From the IMG/VR virus record IMGVR_UViG_3300021338_000004, positions 1 through 64,000 of that record: DNA of 64,000 nt; one strand, given 5' to 3'. How positions within the stretch are numbered: position 1 is the stretch's first letter; the number at the start of each line of letters is the position of its first letter. Below, one piece after another: positions 20,072 to 32,698 of the stretch. The translations under genes were made by a program, and so were the position numbers. The notes beneath the pieces were generated by a model. It was not told the origin of the DNA and did no database searches. It saw only the letters and a program-made list of their open reading frames with translations. Source of the stretch: a virus.

Positions 20072-20376
20072 TTACGCCAGGCGCTGTTTCACGTATTTAG
20101 CCACCGGCTCTTTTACATCGTCCAGAGGTGCGCCCGACTCAACAATGCCGCGAACCTGTTTGATGAAAGGAATCGGCTCCAGTGAGCTGAACTTTCCTTC
20201 AATCAACTGCTGCAGCAGTGAGGCCGATGTATCTGCTACCGCTCCCAGTATCTTCTGGCGTACATCCCGTACTCGGCGTGCTAGGTTTAGCTTTTCCCGG
20301 CCACCGATGCCACCACTCATGATCTTTGTGCGCAAATCGCGCAGCTCTTTGGCCAATGCCAATTTCTCCCGACCGT

Positions 20377-20380
<4 letters not shown>
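20072..20380 (-). CDS. ddrA: DdrA-like protein
   Basis: Size, position after darA, C-terminal LIEGKF..F..LDDVKE..Y. Confidence 0.65.
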
Positions 20381-22970
<2,590 letters not shown>

Positions 22971-22974
<4 letters not shown>

Positions 22975-23558
22975 GCGTGCGCCTCCAAAAGTGTGTTTTT
23001 CTGCGCCTGCAGCTCAGCGAGTTGAGTGCGTAGGTCGGTGTTGAGCGTACGTGCATTGGCTGCCGCATTTTGTGCCGCGGTCAGGCTTTCGCGCAGCGCT
23101 TCCAGATTTTGGTTTTGCTCTTGAATGCCGGCGTTCAACATGGCAATACGTGCTTTGGTTGATGTTCTGGCAATGGTGGCTGTTGTGGTATCGACTTGGG
23201 CGCGCTTGAGGCGGCCTTTTAGGGTCTTCTGGAAGATCTTGGCGTTGCCCTTAACCTTCTCAGATATCTCTGCAATGGCGCGCTTGAGGTCATTCACAGC
23301 GGTGACAGGAATGACTTTGTTGTTCAGTCGAACCTGGAAGATTGCACCATCGGCTTTGGCCTGCAGCGCAATGCGCTGACCATCTGTGAAAAACAGCTCG
23401 GCTTTTTTAGTTGGCACACCCTGCTGTCGTGTTTGCTTGTTGTTAGCTGATACGCGAACAACCGGCAGGTCATTACGCTTAAATTCGGACAAGACGCTTT
23501 TCAGGCCTTGCTCGTTGAAGTGCTCATAATCAAATGAGAGATAGGAAGAACGTGCCAC
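22971..23558 (-). CDS. hdf: Hdf (homologue of DarA fragment)
   Basis: GTG start with GGAGA RBS; FDYEHFNEQGLK..KKAELFFTDGQ..IFQVRLNNK. Confidence 0.8.
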
Positions 23559-23589
23559 GGGCAATCTCCAATATAGGCATATTGCACCG

Positions 23590-23620
23590 AGTATAAGAAG
23601 CGGCGTCCGTGACACGCATC
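23590..23620 (-). promoter_or_regulatory. Putative late promoter (dar operon)
   Basis: GATGCG-N19-TATACT. Confidence 0.55.
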
Positions 23621-23632
23621 GATAGAAAGTTT

Positions 23633-24250
23633 TTACGCGCCCTTCAGGGCTTCCGGCCATTCCGCCTGCCAGTTGGCCGCAATGTCTTGTAGCTGTTCAA
23701 ACCAATCATCAGGAAGCTGATCGCTATCTGATAGCGATTTCAGATCATCAATCTTGTCTTCAGCCGCATGAAAGTCGCCCATGATGATGCTGGTGTATTC
23801 GGCGCTTCTACGAACCTTTTTGTTGACGCGATTTACCAGCTCTTCAAGTGAGATATTGCGGCGCTCTGACATGCCTTTAAGCGTGGTTACTTCCGCTGAT
23901 GCATCCTTCATATAGGCCTCTGCCTCCGATCTTTGCTGAGGCCAGGTCTCAATCATGTTTTGGGTATATCCGCGTTTAAGAATCGCCAGAGCACGCTCGG
24001 CAGTCGTGGAAATTTCGCCAAGCACACGGGCTACCTCAACATGAAATGAGCGAACCGGGGTCCAGGTTGAATCGCCATCAAACAAGTGAGCGGTTGGGTT
24101 TTCGGGAATGAGGCGATCGTCCACTTCGTAAACTTCATAGCCCGGGGCTTTTAGCATGGACTCACGAGGCTTGATGCGGCTAACCAGTTTCACTTGACTG
24201 GATGCTGAGTCGACTACTACAAATGAGAATGACTTTTCTGATGCCATCAT
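23633..24250 (-). CDS. Tail fibre assembly-type protein
   Basis: Follows the fibre gene; GYTQNMIETWPQQRSEAEAY..MSERRNISLEELV. Confidence 0.65.
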   Translation of the reverse strand: MMASEKSFSFVVVDSASSQVKLVSRIKPRESMLKAPGYEVYEVDDRLIPENPTAHLFDGDSTWTPVRSFHVEVARVLGEISTTAERALAILKRGYTQNMIETWPQQRSEAEAYMKDASAEVTTLKGMSERRNISLEELVNRVNKKVRRSAEYTSIIMGDFHAAEDKIDDLKSLSDSDQLPDDWFEQLQDIAANWQAEWPEALKGA

Positions 24251-25350
24251 TTCACCTTAATAACTTTGTAGATGTGTAAGTTGTAGCGCCATAGCAGAAC
24301 TGACCACCCGGATGGTGCATCCGTATTTTTGTAGACGGATATGTAGTCATCACCGACACCCAGGCCTGCGCATAACTGTTGCTGCTGCTGATATGACGCC
24401 CCGGCAGTCTGGATGAGATCCCAATCGATGCAGACAAGATGGGTTTCGACGTTTCTCAGCTGGGAACGCGCCAGGCTACCCGCCATAACCAAAAACACGC
24501 CGTTGCCATCATCGGGTGTTAATACGTCATGAAACACTTGTCCTGCTATGCCATCATCCGTATCCGCGGCTTTTTCGCCATCAAACAGGATTTCTCCGTA
24601 TGTTTGGCTAAGCAATTCACTTGGCGCCATTCCTCGCCACAAATCCGCATCCAGCCCGGTTCCTTCGCCCTCGTTTTTTTTGGCGGCAGTGCCCAACTCG
24701 CTCTTCAATACGTACTGATCATGTGGGTCATCAGCGTTTTTGTGTGCAAGCAATGCCTGCCCATTGAGCGCGGCGGCCTCCTGAGCGGGGACGACTTCTT
24801 CTTCGTATAGCTGACGTACTTTGTCATCCAGCATCAGGCGCGTAACACCAATGGACGAGTCTATGGTGATGCTTACGCGGCCTGAATCGCCACTAATAAT
24901 ATGCGCGCGGACAGCGACATCGCTGGGGGAGCCGGATGACATAGGCATGACCGGCATCGGTGCATAGTTGCTGATGGCGTATACCGTTCCGTCGGATAGC
25001 AACCACTCCACTTCAGTCACGATGAATCCACCAGCCGGCGTTTGCCCTGCTGTTTTGGTTAGGTCCAGATGGGATTCCAGCTCTGTGACGTTATCAGTAA
25101 TACCTGCGCCACGGGTGATTTGAAATGTGCCGCCAGTGACTGGGCTAGCCAGGTTATCTGGCACCTCAATCGTATATTCGACCGGATCGCCTGGTACTTC
25201 TGTGACAGTCCATTCGCCGGATCCTACGCGACATACATCAAACTCTATTGTGGCCTCGCCACGCATGACTTCAGCAAGCCGCGTTTGCCCTTCAGGCGTT
25301 AAGTAGGTTCCGTGTTGGGTTTTGCTGGTGAACGTTCTCACGCATGGCAC
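24247..25350 (-). CDS. Tail fibre protein (P2 gpH/DUF3751-like N-terminus)
   Basis: LTPEGQTRLA..RVGSG; HKNADDPHDQY; GTGLDAD. Confidence 0.75.
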   Translation of the reverse strand: MPCVRTFTSKTQHGTYLTPEGQTRLAEVMRGEATIEFDVCRVGSGEWTVTEVPGDPVEYTIEVPDNLASPVTGGTFQITRGAGITDNVTELESHLDLTKTAGQTPAGGFIVTEVEWLLSDGTVYAISNYAPMPVMPMSSGSPSDVAVRAHIISGDSGRVSITIDSSIGVTRLMLDDKVRQLYEEEVVPAQEAAALNGQALLAHKNADDPHDQYVLKSELGTAAKKNEGEGTGLDADLWRGMAPSELLSQTYGEILFDGEKAADTDDGIAGQVFHDVLTPDDGNGVFLVMAGSLARSQLRNVETHLVCIDWDLIQTAGASYQQQQQLCAGLGVGDDYISVYKNTDAPSGWSVLLWRYNLHIYKVIKVK

Positions 25351-26081
25351 TCCAAAAGTGTTTGGTAGATGGTGGCGGTCGCCGCGACGCCTACTTCAAT
25401 ATTTAATTCTGGACGGGTAATTCCGATGCTTGCTGTGCTGGTGATAACCGTCATGGCCGTGGCCGTAATTGAAACACCGTCGCGAAAATCACTTTCCGCG
25501 TTAAACGCTACGCCGTCGTAGACCACGCGCGCGGGGCGGACCTTCTCTATTTCACGAAAGGCAACCGTAGCCAGATCGACCATGCTAATGCCCAGTGAAT
25601 GGGCTTTAATCGCATCCACACCCAGGCGTCCGCGCGAAGTCAAAAAATGCGCATTTTCATCAAGGTTAGGCTTGAGCTGTTTGGTAACGAAATGGGCGTG
25701 CGAATAAGGTTTATCTAGCGGACACCAGACCGGCAGCCATTCGACATTCAGTCCTTTGAAGTAGGTTTTCAGGACATCCCGAATGAGCAGGTCGGTTTCT
25801 TTTCGGTGAATGCCGCGGCGACGCCACATAACGGATAGGCGCTTAGTGCTGTCGTCCAGCGGAAACAGAATGTCGAAGAAGTCGCCATATTCTGACAGTC
25901 GCTCTTCAAGTGCCTCCATGCTGGAGTTGAATAACGACCGATCCTCTCGCATCTGTTCAACCTTGCTGAACAGCGGGAGATGGTACTCTTCTAACGCCCG
26001 AGCAAACGCCACCCAGCGAGCAGACTGCTGCTTTCCGGGAGTTAGGCGGTTTACTAGCCAGTCGGCATGGTCGGGTTGCAT
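25338..26081 (-). CDS. Baseplate wedge protein (P1 gp16-like)
   Basis: WLVNRLTPGKQQSARW..RSLF..FLTSRG; synteny. Confidence 0.75.
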   Translation of the reverse strand: MQPDHADWLVNRLTPGKQQSARWVAFARALEEYHLPLFSKVEQMREDRSLFNSSMEALEERLSEYGDFFDILFPLDDSTKRLSVMWRRRGIHRKETDLLIRDVLKTYFKGLNVEWLPVWCPLDKPYSHAHFVTKQLKPNLDENAHFLTSRGRLGVDAIKAHSLGISMVDLATVAFREIEKVRPARVVYDGVAFNAESDFRDGVSITATAMTVITSTASIGITRPELNIEVGVAATATIYQTLLECHA

Positions 26082-26114
26082 GGGAAGTCCTGAGACGCAA
26101 TGGGAATGCGGCTC

Positions 26115-26145
26115 AGGATACGAGGAAGGCAAAAAGGCTCGCTAC
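26115..26145 (-). promoter_or_regulatory. Putative late promoter (gp16-fibre operon)
   Basis: GTAGCG-N19-TATCCT. Confidence 0.5.
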
Positions 26146-26175
26146 AAACTTTATTTTTTAACCGGTTTGCGTGGC

Positions 26176-26439
26176 CTATGGTGCGTTCTCATCATCTGGG
26201 CCGCATAGCGAGCTATCGGCACAGTAATAATGCCCGTCATCGCCTATGTAATACTGTGCGCCTTGCTTGTATAAGCTCGCACCACACTCTCCGCACTGCT
26301 TTTTGTTGCAGCGATCACACAGGTGCACGCTCTGCCCTCGATCGTCACAAGTGCTCCAAATATTTGCCGGTGCCTCTTCAGTGCCGCGAATCATGCAGCC
26401 GCAGCCGTCGCAGATTGCGTTGTCATCATTGTCGTACAT
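26176..26439 (-). CDS. Small acidic Cys-rich (zinc-finger-like) protein
   Basis: CDGC, CDRC, CGEC and a further Cys pair; GGAG RBS. Confidence 0.6.
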   Translation of the reverse strand: MYDNDDNAICDGCGCMIRGTEEAPANIWSTCDDRGQSVHLCDRCNKKQCGECGASLYKQGAQYYIGDDGHYYCADSSLCGPDDENAP

Positions 26440-26454
26440 GAATGCTCCAGAAAA

Positions 26455-26468
26455 TTTCCCATGGGAAA
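26455..26468. promoter_or_regulatory. parS-like palindrome (copy 3), directly downstream of parB
   Basis: TTTCCCATGGGAAA. Confidence 0.75.
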
Positions 26469-26499
26469 GTTATCGATACGCACAACCAATAATTCACTG

Positions 26500-27558
26500 T
26501 CAGCGATGCTGCACGAACAGTGACCATGCCTCTTCAAAGCTTTTCGGGCGCGTATCTTCACAATAATCTGAAAAAGCCTGGATTACAGAGTCCAGAGTGT
26601 AGTGCAGAGTATCAATACCTTTCAGCTGATGCATTGGCCGCTTTCTAAGCTCTTTCGCCAGTTCGGATACCGATGGTCGATCATCGCCAGGCTCAACGCC
26701 CGGCAGTACCTGCTGATCTTCATTGAATGGCTGGCGTGCCGGTGGCGCATCATCATTACCCTCTGCGCCTTCAGTATCACCCTTGTAATATTTGTCATCG
26801 GAAAAGAGCGACCCGCCATTGCGAAATTCTTTTACCTTCTTACGCGCTTCTGAAATTGTTTCGCGCAATGGGGTTTCCAGTGTGCCGTCTTGTGCACTCT
26901 TGGATATTTCCTGAGCTGCCGCTGGGTCTTCCTTGTGCAGTTGAATTAAATTATTCAGGGCATTAACGTCGGCTACCCCCTTTTGACTCGCCAGCTCTTG
27001 GACTACGTCAGGGGCCCTCAGAATTGAGAGGCGTTTGGACAGCCATGCAGGTGATCGACCTAGCTGCGTGGCAACATCCTGCTTATTTCGCCCCAACGCC
27101 TTGAAACCTTCCACCAGCGACTGCAAAGCCTCTGCCAATTCAATAGGGGGGAGTTCTTCGCGTTGCTCATTCTCCACAATTTGTGCGGCAAGCTTGCTTA
27201 AACGGTCTTCTGGCCTCTCTACAATCGCGCGAACGTTGCGACCGATGCTGGAGCAGGCCCGCCAACGCCGTTCCCCTTCGGAAATGATGTAGATGCCGTT
27301 AACGGGTGGGCTAACTACGATGGGCTGGCGCTGCTTATTTGCTCGAATGGATGCCGCCAGTTCGCTGATAGATTCTTCCGTGAACGTCTTTCGGGGCTGA
27401 TCAGGGTCGGGCTGACAAACATCGGGGGCGAGTTCGAGAACGCGATTCTCATCTACCAGCGCCTCATTCGCGCCAGTGGAGAGCATGCCCATCAGGTTTG
27501 AGTCAGCACCGGGCGCACTTCCCAACCCGCTCAGGTTGATGCCCTTGCCCTGTTTCAT
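26500..27558 (-). CDS. parB: ParB (Spo0J/KorB-type CTPase)
   Basis: PDQPRKTF, QPIVV, GERRWRA, ENEQRE, HTH VATQLGRSPAWLS. Confidence 0.93.
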   Translation of the reverse strand: MKQGKGINLSGLGSAPGADSNLMGMLSTGANEALVDENRVLELAPDVCQPDPDQPRKTFTEESISELAASIRANKQRQPIVVSPPVNGIYIISEGERRWRACSSIGRNVRAIVERPEDRLSKLAAQIVENEQREELPPIELAEALQSLVEGFKALGRNKQDVATQLGRSPAWLSKRLSILRAPDVVQELASQKGVADVNALNNLIQLHKEDPAAAQEISKSAQDGTLETPLRETISEARKKVKEFRNGGSLFSDDKYYKGDTEGAEGNDDAPPARQPFNEDQQVLPGVEPGDDRPSVSELAKELRKRPMHQLKGIDTLHYTLDSVIQAFSDYCEDTRPKSFEEAWSLFVQHR

Positions 27559-28472
27559 ACCATGATCTCCATGATCTCCTGCGTAAATCCTTGCACTTGT
27601 TCGGCAGCCTTCCCGCGCTTATTTAGCTCTATGACTGAGCAACCCATTCCCTGTGAGTCCTCATAGTCCATGAAGCGGGTAATCATGTTTTTCATGATTG
27701 GGATATCGAAAGCGCTACCCAGTTCCTTTGCGGCGTTGGCGCTATCTTTCTGTCGATTTTCTTGTGGGTGCTGCCGGCTAAGAAACATGAATGCATTTAC
27801 CGGTGCGCCTTCGCTGCGGCGCTTTTGGATAAACTCCAACAGGTGAAAACTTCCCCATGCATCAACCGACCCCGTCCCGAACGGCACCAAAATTAATCCC
27901 GGGTTATCAGGGTTGGACGCGGCAAGGATACCGCTGATGGTGATGTCTCGCGCTACAGCAGCACCATCGATAAACACAAAGTCATTATCCTTTGCGAGTT
28001 TTTCAGCGATAAGATGCACATCGTTATGCGGGTGATGTATCACTTCGGGCTGAACGCTCTCTTCTCCACCAGCTCGACGCCAGCACAAAGCGGACGCCTG
28101 TGGGTCGGTATCAAGGATTACGACCGAATAGCCCAAAAGCTGTACGACACGCGCCACATTGACGCATGATGTGGTTTTACCGGCTCCGCCTTTAGGGTTC
28201 AGCCAAGCTATGATTTTTCCCATGGGTAATTTCCTGCCTTTACCTTTTTTGTAACGTGACATGTCACGCTTCATGAATTCTGGACCTTCGTAGTACATCA
28301 ACGTCCGTATGTGTGCGGAAACCGTGCCGGATACAGGGTTCCCCTTTACATATCCTCTATGCGTTTCCGGGCTAATGCCGAGGCGTTCAGACCACTGCGG
28401 GACCGTCAGCCCAAGCATTTGGCGGGCGTCTTTGTACTCTTGCGTGCTTAAAAGGGTCTTTTTTGTACTCAT
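27555..28472 (-). CDS. parA: ParA Walker-type ATPase with N-terminal XRE-like HTH; possible internal start at 28223
   Basis: NPKGGAGKTT, DTDPQAS; N-terminal ARQMLGLTVPQWSERLGISPET. Confidence 0.9.
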   Translation of the reverse strand: MSTKKTLLSTQEYKDARQMLGLTVPQWSERLGISPETHRGYVKGNPVSGTVSAHIRTLMYYEGPEFMKRDMSRYKKGKGRKLPMGKIIAWLNPKGGAGKTTSCVNVARVVQLLGYSVVILDTDPQASALCWRRAGGEESVQPEVIHHPHNDVHLIAEKLAKDNDFVFIDGAAVARDITISGILAASNPDNPGLILVPFGTGSVDAWGSFHLLEFIQKRRSEGAPVNAFMFLSRQHPQENRQKDSANAAKELGSAFDIPIMKNMITRFMDYEDSQGMGCSVIELNKRGKAAEQVQGFTQEIMEIMV

Positions 28473-28560
28473 ACATAGCGCCAAAGGGGTATATATTACC
28501 CTTTTCATTAAATCGATTTTTATAATAGGGTTATATTTACCCTTTTACAAGAAAGATATA

Positions 28561-28584
28561 AAAAAAGGGGCTATTGCCCCTTTT
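28561..28584. terminator. Terminator after bplA
   Basis: AAAAAAGGGGC-TATT-GCCCCTTTT. Confidence 0.7.
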
Positions 28585-28608
28585 GTCTTTTTGCTTGTTG
28601 CGCTTGGC

Positions 28609-30012
28609 TTAGTAGCTCAGTGACAATGCGCTCCGCGTTTCTGCCTCATTCATAAACACCATCTGTCGAAGGTTTTGTGGCTCTGCCGTACCATCAATAG
28701 AGATAGGCAACGAAGCCCCGGGCTCAAAAATATTTAGGGCCATCAGTATTCCATACACATCCTGAATCAAGATGGCGCTTTTGTGCTGTTTGTCACGACT
28801 ATCCTTTCCATAGTGACGCCCCAAGGCGTCCATAATCTTTTCTGTAGCATCGCTGATCCCAATGTCACGCCTGAGCTTGCCGTTAATAGCGATTGTGCAC
28901 GGCTGCTCATCTGGGGGAAGCCAAGCGAACTTGGTGTTCACATCCTTTACGCCCGTTCGAAGCGTCCCCAGAACAGTAGCGTCCAAGCCTTCCATACCCG
29001 GCGCATACGCCGACACAAAGATCGTGTTGATATTCTTTGCATCAACCACGCCGGTCATCTGTTCCTGCTCTTGCTCACCCCAAACCGCCAGCCAAAGAAT
29101 TGCGGGATGCTTTCGACGGATAAAAAATTTAAAATCCCTTTCCCATACCTGGTCTTCGTCATACAGAAAATAGTAAAGCGCATTGCGGCGCAGCGTCTCC
29201 GTATCTTCAACGGGTTGCCCTCCGGTGATGCTGGTGGCGGTTTCCAGCTCCAGCCCTTCGGCTGACTGATCCAGTATTGCGAGCGGCTGGTTAGGCAGCA
29301 GCGTCGTATCCCCGTCTGTCAGGCTAAGCTCAACTTTTACCTGGGAGTGAAGCGCCGGGATCTTGCCGTAAATACCGTTACCAAAACGGATACCAAGCTG
29401 ATCGGTAAATCGGTAGTGCTCGTCATACACCCGGCTTTCTTCGTTGGTGTTCACAAAGCGCCGTGCCGCCGTCCATTCAGACATCTCCCCCTGCTCACCA
29501 TCGCTGACAAAGACGCGCATTTCAGATACTGAGGCGCTGTACTCCTGCTCCAAAAGGAATTCAAGGAATGGCTTGGTCTCAGTTACCGTAAATGTCACGG
29601 TTTTCTTGCTGATCTGGACCAGATCAACCACTACCGTTTCGCCTGGTGGCACCGTAACGCTGTCGATCGGCATATAGATACGCTGATCGTCTGAAATAAG
29701 CGGCGTCCAAGACAGCAGCGACCGCACGACGCCAGATGCATTCCGCACCCTGAGCTTGCCTGTAGCCGGTGTGGCTTTGCGCTGGATATACAGTCGATCT
29801 TCAGCACCTGCCAGGATAGACGATCGATCCAACGCCGTAGACATGCGGGATTCTTGCCGTTCCCGCTCTACGTTCTGCAGCAATGCCTCAGTGTTAAGGT
29901 TTAAGAAGCGATTTACGCCATCCAAAAACTGCGACCCGACCAAGTCGCGCAGCTCTGGATCCGCTCCAGCGATCTCATTAAACAGGCGATAGCCTTGTAG
30001 CTTATGGTTCAT
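28609..30012 (-). CDS. bplA: Baseplate protein BplA-like
   Basis: RSSILAGAEDR.Y, QLGIRFGNGIYGKIP, WLAVWGEQEQE. Confidence 0.85.
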   Translation of the reverse strand: MNHKLQGYRLFNEIAGADPELRDLVGSQFLDGVNRFLNLNTEALLQNVERERQESRMSTALDRSSILAGAEDRLYIQRKATPATGKLRVRNASGVVRSLLSWTPLISDDQRIYMPIDSVTVPPGETVVVDLVQISKKTVTFTVTETKPFLEFLLEQEYSASVSEMRVFVSDGEQGEMSEWTAARRFVNTNEESRVYDEHYRFTDQLGIRFGNGIYGKIPALHSQVKVELSLTDGDTTLLPNQPLAILDQSAEGLELETATSITGGQPVEDTETLRRNALYYFLYDEDQVWERDFKFFIRRKHPAILWLAVWGEQEQEQMTGVVDAKNINTIFVSAYAPGMEGLDATVLGTLRTGVKDVNTKFAWLPPDEQPCTIAINGKLRRDIGISDATEKIMDALGRHYGKDSRDKQHKSAILIQDVYGILMALNIFEPGASLPISIDGTAEPQNLRQMVFMNEAETRSALSLSY

Positions 30013-30032
30013 GCAAAATCTCTCCTGATTCG

Positions 30033-30383
30033 CTACGCCGCCAACCGGTAGTTGTCGTTACGGTATGTGCCGTAGTTATGGTGCAAAACGATCTTCCAGC
30101 GATCGAACTCAACGACCTCGATGCGTATGCTATAAATCTGCACCCCTACGACATCCTGGGTTAGTTTTTCTACGATCGACATTTCGAGCATCACGGCCAC
30201 ATCTTCACTGTTATCAGGCTCGAATCGAAATGCGCCCAGGTTGTGCCCCCATGCAGGATAATCAGCAATAGACCCTTGAGGCGTATCAAACCACTCAGTG
30301 ATGTTGTTGTTTTGGGCAGCGCCGTCGATATGGCTTTGAACACCACCCGCGGAAAGGGTGATCAGGTAATCAAGTTCCTTCAT
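30033..30383 (-). CDS. pmgA: PmgA-like (gp25-type sheath initiator)
   Basis: EWFDTPQGSIADYPAWGHNL..F.FEP. Confidence 0.8.
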   Translation of the reverse strand: MKELDYLITLSAGGVQSHIDGAAQNNNITEWFDTPQGSIADYPAWGHNLGAFRFEPDNSEDVAVMLEMSIVEKLTQDVVGVQIYSIRIEVVEFDRWKIVLHHNYGTYRNDNYRLAA

Positions 30384-32491
30384 TAGCGTACATCCCGACT
30401 CATGAGCTCCAGGTTCATATCACTGAAGTGCATAGATGGAGAGCTGGCTCCGGTATTTTGTGGCGTGGGTGCAGCCGCTCGCGGTGCGGCCCTATAGTGA
30501 CGGACACCGCCACCAGATCCCGCCGTTTGAACGATCAGGGGCGACCGCCTCAATTCGGCGGCTATGGCTACGCCAATCTTTTTGGCATCAATCGGTTCCT
30601 GCTTGGCAACCACGACCCGCTCGATTGAATGGGATTCAATGCTTTCGGTATTAGGCATGAGATCGGGCAAGACATTAATAGATGCTTCGCCGCTGGCAGC
30701 TGCTGCAGCACCGGTCGCAGATTGCATGGTGTATGTTTTCCCTGGCGCAATCGTGGCGCGCCTGGCTGCTTTCTTTCGCTCATCGGCCAGTGCATGCACC
30801 TCTGCCACCTCGCGGCGATCTGCTTTTTCCTGATAGCGTTCGGCATCTGATTTTGGTGATACGGCGGGATCTGGTGGCGCTGAAGTCTGTTTTTCATCAG
30901 ATCCTAACCAGCCGCTGAGTGCTTCACCCAGGGTCTCTCCCAGCTTCTCCCCACCGAAGGCACCAAGGGCACCACCAATGATTGTCCCTATGACTGGCAT
31001 AACAGCGGTGCCGACTGCCGCCCCAGCTAGTGCACCCCCCAGTGCGCCGCCGCCCGTGCTGGCTACCTGTGCGGCCTTCTGTGTGCCGCTGAGGCTGTCA
31101 TCATCCTTGACCTCCATAAACTTGCTCGCCCCGGCCACAATTGCCGTGAGCGGCGCAGCAGCACGCGCCAACGCGCCTTTGGCGACAGCACCGATACTGC
31201 TTTTCCCTGCTCCGCTTGCGGTAGCCGCGGCAGTTGTCGTTGCTGCAACCTTGCCTGCAGGTTTTACTGCATCGACTACACCGGCCTTTCGTCGGAATAA
31301 ATCACGCAGTCGACGGCGCTTCCCGCGGCGGCGCTCCGGGACATCTACATCCCCACCATCAGCACCACCCAGCAGATCTCCCAGGCCGGCACCTCCTGCT
31401 AACGTGTCCAGAAGGCCTTTCTGCTCCGGCTTGTAGCCGTTGTCCTCTATCGCGTCGATGACTTCTTTATGCTGAGTGGAACGGACTTCTACCTGATCTT
31501 CCTGGAGATCAGCTGTCCGCTGGTGGGTTTCCAGTATCTCCGTCTGGATATGACCGGTCTGCTTCTCATCGTTTCCGGGCGATGAAAAGAGCCGCTTTAG
31601 ACGCCCGAACAGGCCGCCCTTGCCGTTTTTCTCTCGCGCCCGCTGTGCACGCTCCTCTTTACTGAGAAAACGCCCGGTTTCTGGATCCCGCGTTGCGTCA
31701 GTAACCGGCTGCGCATCGTCATCCGCGTTACCAAAAACAAGATGGCCAAGCTTAGAATCGGCCACCTCTTCGCCGGCTTCTTTGATCTCTTTTACGGCCT
31801 CCCAGATGCCGCCACCCACAACAGCGGATCCGGCAGCGTCAGAGGCATCAGCGCCCGCCAAATCGTCCGCCTTATCCCGTTCAGTGAAGCCCTTGATGCC
31901 TTCAAACACACCCGACAACTTGCCTAAAAAGCCTCTCTGCTCTTCTTTTTGGCGGCGATCGGCTAACGCCTCTTCAGACTGTGAGCGACCTTCAGTGCTG
32001 GGAATGGGATCAGCCGAAGGAGCTGGTGATGCAGGAACGGACTGGGCAGCTGGATCCGCTTGCGTGGATTGATCGTCTACCTTTTTAGGCCTGGCTACCT
32101 GGCTGCCGACCTCTTCTGCCGGCTTGCCGGCTTCAGTAAGGGGGCGGGATGCCTGCCCTGAAAGGGGTTTCCTATGGCTGCGAGCATCACTTACCGCCTC
32201 ATTTGGTGGGACAACATGGACAGCATCACGTACAGATACACTGACATCTACTGCAACGGGATCCGGGCTGGTGCGCTCAGATATCGACGGCTGCTTTACT
32301 GCCGGCTGTGCGCCTGCCTCTCCCTTACCCCACCAACGATGACCCACCAGATCCGGCAGTACCGACGTGTTTTTGTCGATCTGCTCCAGGAGCTCAAGCG
32401 CCTGATCAGATTCTGTTGTACCGGTTAGCTCCTGGTTGGCGCTCTGCATGGGCGACCAGTCATCAATGGTGACCTGTCGTTCGTCAGTCAT
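30383..32491 (-). CDS. sit: Tape measure protein (Sit-like)
   Basis: Gly/Ala-rich hydrophobic segments, RDPETGRF motif, position between pmgB and pmgA. Confidence 0.75.
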   Translation of the reverse strand: MTDERQVTIDDWSPMQSANQELTGTTESDQALELLEQIDKNTSVLPDLVGHRWWGKGEAGAQPAVKQPSISERTSPDPVAVDVSVSVRDAVHVVPPNEAVSDARSHRKPLSGQASRPLTEAGKPAEEVGSQVARPKKVDDQSTQADPAAQSVPASPAPSADPIPSTEGRSQSEEALADRRQKEEQRGFLGKLSGVFEGIKGFTERDKADDLAGADASDAAGSAVVGGGIWEAVKEIKEAGEEVADSKLGHLVFGNADDDAQPVTDATRDPETGRFLSKEERAQRAREKNGKGGLFGRLKRLFSSPGNDEKQTGHIQTEILETHQRTADLQEDQVEVRSTQHKEVIDAIEDNGYKPEQKGLLDTLAGGAGLGDLLGGADGGDVDVPERRRGKRRRLRDLFRRKAGVVDAVKPAGKVAATTTAAATASGAGKSSIGAVAKGALARAAAPLTAIVAGASKFMEVKDDDSLSGTQKAAQVASTGGGALGGALAGAAVGTAVMPVIGTIIGGALGAFGGEKLGETLGEALSGWLGSDEKQTSAPPDPAVSPKSDAERYQEKADRREVAEVHALADERKKAARRATIAPGKTYTMQSATGAAAAASGEASINVLPDLMPNTESIESHSIERVVVAKQEPIDAKKIGVAIAAELRRSPLIVQTAGSGGGVRHYRAAPRAAAPTPQNTGASSPSMHFSDMNLELMSRDVR

Positions 32492-32503
32492 AGGCTACCT
32501 GCA

Positions 32504-32698
32504 TTACTTGGTTTTCTTTGAAAGCGCCCGATTGAGGCTAAGAACGTAGCTGCGCGGGCTGGATAGCACGCTGTCCAGCGGCTGCCGTCCACGCTCTGTC
32601 AGACATAGGTTGCTGATTACGATATCCCAATCGCGCTTACTAAATCCGCGGAATAAACTCGACACACCGAAAGGGAAGGTGCAGCCGTGTTGACGCAT
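32504..32698 (-). CDS. Probable frameshift extension of the tail assembly chaperone (or small overlapping ORF)
   Basis: +1 frame overlapping the pmgB end; stops 13 nt before sit. Confidence 0.55.
   Translation of the reverse strand: MRQHGCTFPFGVSSLFRGFSKRDWDIVISNLCLTERGRQPLDSVLSSPRSYVLSLNRALSKKTK

Noticed and set aside
24247-25350. DGR target or Cin-type invertible fibre segment
   Set aside because: No reverse transcriptase, template repeat, serine invertase or inverted fibre copy seen in the window
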